Of a stretch of DNA of 64,000 nucleotides, positions 61,275-64,000 are shown one piece after another. The translations under genes were made by a program, and so were the position numbers. A model generated the notes under the pieces. It was not told the origin of the DNA. It saw nothing but the letters and a program-made list of their open reading frames with translations, and made no database searches. Within the stretch, counting starts at the first letter, position 1. Each line of letters opens with the position of its first letter. The stretch comes from Stegostoma tigrinum (taxonomy: Eukaryota): NCBI RefSeq assembly GCF_030684315.1, contig NC_081355.1:21787316-21851315 (forward strand). Reading direction: 5' to 3'.

Positions 61275-63150
61275 TTAAGAACAAAGAACAATACAGCACA
61301 GGAACCAGGGCCTTTGGCCCTCCAAGTCTAGGCCAATACATTTTACCCTTCCATATTAAAACTGTGTTCACTTACATGATCTATTCATGTATTCGTCCAG
61401 GTGCTTCTTGAACACTGCTATTGGGTCTGCTTCCACCATCTCCTCTGGCAGAGTTCCTGGTTCTCACCACCCTTTGTGTGAAAAACCTGCCTCGCACATG
61501 GCTTTTAAACTCCCCTCGCACCTTGAACCTGTGTCCCCTTGTAATTGTTCACTCCACCCTTGGAGAACACCTCATACTTTCCATTCTATCCATGCATTCG
61601 CTACTCTATCAGGTCGCCCTTCTAACTCCTGCATTCCAGTGAAAACTGACCCAGTCTATCTGATCTTTCTCCATAACTAAAATCCCCCATACCAGGCAAC
61701 ATCATGGTAAATTTTTTCTGTACTCTCTGCAAAGGATCCACAACCTTCTGGCAATGTGGTGACCAGAACTTTACACAATATTCCAAGAGTGGCCTAGCTA
61801 AAGTTCTATAAAGCTGCGGCACAACATGTCTATTGCTATACTCGATGCCTCCTTCAATGAAAGCAAGCATGCCATAGGCCTTTTTTACTACATTATCTAC
61901 CTGTACTGCCACCTTCAGTGATCTGTGGACCTGCACACCCAAATCCCTCTGCATATCAATACCCTGAAGGGTTCTGTCATTCACTGTATAATTTCCACTT
62001 GTACTTGACCTTCCAAAATGCATCACCTCACATTTGTCCAGATTAAACATCACCTGCCATTTTTCTGCCCATGCCTCCAACTGATCACTATCCTGCTGTA
62101 TCCTCTGATAATCCTCTTCGCTATCCACAACTCCATCAATCATTTTATCGTCTGCAAACTTGCTAATTAGACCAGCTACGTTTACATCCACATCATTTAC
62201 GTGGATCCTTTATTCATTCACAGGATGAGGGTGTCGCTTTTTTGGTGGCACTTATTGCTCATCTCCCAGTTGCTCAGAGAGTCAACCACATTGCTGTGGG
62301 TGTGGAGTCACATGTAGGCCAGACCAGGCAAGGACAGCAATCCCCCTCCCCAAAGGACACCAGCGAACCAGATGGGCCCTTCCAACAATCGACAACAGCT
62401 TCATGGTCATCACTAGATCCATAATTCCAGATAATTTTTCATTTATTTCAAATTCCATTATCTGCCTTAGCCGGACTTGAACCTAGAATGTTATCTTGGT
62501 CTCAGCAACAGTACCACTAGGCCATTGCCTCCCCTGATCATAAGATCATGAACAGTAGAGGTTCCAGCATTGATCCCTGTGGAACACCACTAGTCACAAC
62601 CCTCCATTCCGAAAAGCGTCCTTCCACCGCTTTCCTCTGTCTCCTATGACTAAGCCAGTTCTGTACCCATATTGCCAGCTCACCCTTGATACTATGTGAC
62701 TTTACATTTTGTACCAGTCAGCCATGAGGAACTTCATCAAAGGTTTTATTGAAATCCATGTAGACACCAACTGCTTCTCCCTCACAATCATCTTTGTCAC
62801 CTCCAAAAAAATCTCAATCAAGTTAGTGATGCACAACCTCCCTTGCACAAAACCATGCTGTTTATTGTTAATCAGTCTATCTGTTTCTAAATTGCTTATA
62901 GACCGGTCCCTAAGAATCTGAACCAATTATTTCACTCCCACTGATGTGAGGCTCACAGGCCTGTAATTCCTGGATTATCGCTGTTATCCTTTTTAAACAA
63001 TGGGAGAACATTAGCTATTCTCCAGTCCTCTGGGACCTCAGCTGTGACCAAAGAGGATACAAAGATGTCTGTCAATGCTCCAGCAATTTATTATCTTGTC
63101 TCCCTCAAAATTTTGGGATTGATCCCATCAAGACCCAGGGATTTATCTTA
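61275..63150 (-). mobile_element. CR1 LINE RT + tail, with nested SINE at 62205-62535
   Basis: ORF 61622-62191 (ISKFADD…FNLDKCEVMHFGR…YCVKFWSP) and 62702-62926 (KQHGFVQGRLCITNLIE). Confidence 0.92.
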
Positions 63151-63465
63151 CACATTGGCTACAAGAGCAGGTTGAAACTGCTGGGAGGAAAGATACACCA
63201 ACACCAATGAGGTTGACCGGGCCAACACTGAAGCATTGACCACCCTTGATCAGCTACAATGGGCCTGGTATGTCCTCCACATGACTAACATGAGATTCCC
63301 CAAGCAGGAGCTCCTGCTTCGAAATAGCAGGCGAGCCCCAGGTGGACAGAGAAATCACTTCAGGGACACCCTCAAGGCTTCATTGGTGAAGTGCAGCATT
63401 CCTACAGACACCTGGGATTTACTGGCCAAAGACCTCCCAAAGTGGAGAAGAAGCATCTGGAAGCT
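63150..63465 (+). mobile_element. RTE-clade LINE C-terminal remnant
   Basis: QLQWAWYVLHM…RFPKQ.L…RAPGGQRNHFRDTLKASL..CSI….W..LAKD..KWR, typical of the RTE C-terminus. Confidence 0.7.
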
Positions 63466-63504
63466 GCAACATGACTTGCCAATCTTTACATTCAATGCCA
63501 ACAA

Positions 63505-63610
63505 CGTTCTGAGGAAGGGTCACCGGACCCGAAACATTAACTCGTGATTTTTCCTTCACAGATGCTGCCAGATGTGCTGAGCTTTTCCAGCAACTTTGGT
63601 TTTGTTCCTT
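63505..63610 (+). mobile_element. PLE-type terminus (family 3) with near-intact hammerhead motif at 63509-63539
   Basis: CTGAGGA-A-GGGTC(ACCG)GACCC-GAAAC-ATTA; core boxes intact but helix III palindrome broken. Confidence 0.7.
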
Positions 63611-63920
63611 TATATTCAATGCCCTGACTGATGAAGGCAAGCATGCCATACAGCTTCTTTACCAACTTATCTACTCGCATAGCCACTTTCAGGGAGCTAT
63701 GCACATGGACCCCAAAATCCTTCAATGCCTCTAATGGTCCAGCTATTTACTGTATACTTCCTTTTTCCATTTAACCTCCCTAAATACATCATCCCATTCT
63801 TGCCTGGACTAAATTCCACCTGCCATTTCTGTGCTTAATTTTCTAATTGATTCAATTCCTGCTGTATCCTCTGACAGCCTCCCTCAACCATCACAACTCC
63901 AGCAATGTTACTATATTCTG
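63610..63920 (-). mobile_element. CR1 fragment
   Basis: DFGVHVHSSLKVAMRVDKLVKKLYGMLAFISQGIEYK (ORF 63537-63725). Confidence 0.85.
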
Positions 63921-64000
63921 ATTAGTATTACTTTTCAGAGTAATCCTGAAAACAGTCGTTGTCTTTGCCTTCCCCTTAACCAGTCAAGTCTTGTATCTGA

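Noticed and set aside
43130-64000. Exons of a further gene (e.g. SH3BP5, the human neighbour of METTL6)
   Set aside because: No recognisable coding exon or CpG island found by eye; short exons could have been missed.

Overview
Vertebrate genomic DNA, inferred from its repeat families to be from a cartilaginous fish (probably a shark). It contains three recognisable protein-coding genes: MTURN exon 1 (minus strand, 2621-2782; the rest lies left of the window), a complete six-exon EAF1 (minus, 22974->9662, 277 aa) and a complete METTL6 (plus, five coding exons 27550->37768, up to 313 aa). EAF1 and METTL6 are head-to-head at a CpG island. The remainder is a 2.1-kb G-rich simple repeat and dense interspersed repeats: CR1, L2 and RTE LINE fragments, tRNA-derived SINEs and many Penelope-like element (PLE) pieces from about four families. 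The most notable signals are PLE-related: (i) minimal hammerhead ribozyme motifs in the PLE termini, with intact cores at 5685-5712 and at 30167-30200, the latter sense-strand inside a METTL6 intron; (ii) a consistent 12-13 bp target-site duplication and an inverted-end architecture; (iii) two host-DNA rearrangements at young PLE 5' junctions, namely a ~470-bp inversion (3427-3894) and an 805-bp near-identical copy of METTL6 intron DNA (33112-33916 -> 42137-42941). METTL6 also has a 39-aa N-terminal extension overlapped by candidate spliced uORFs. Repeat boundaries are approximate and were read by eye; no searches were run.
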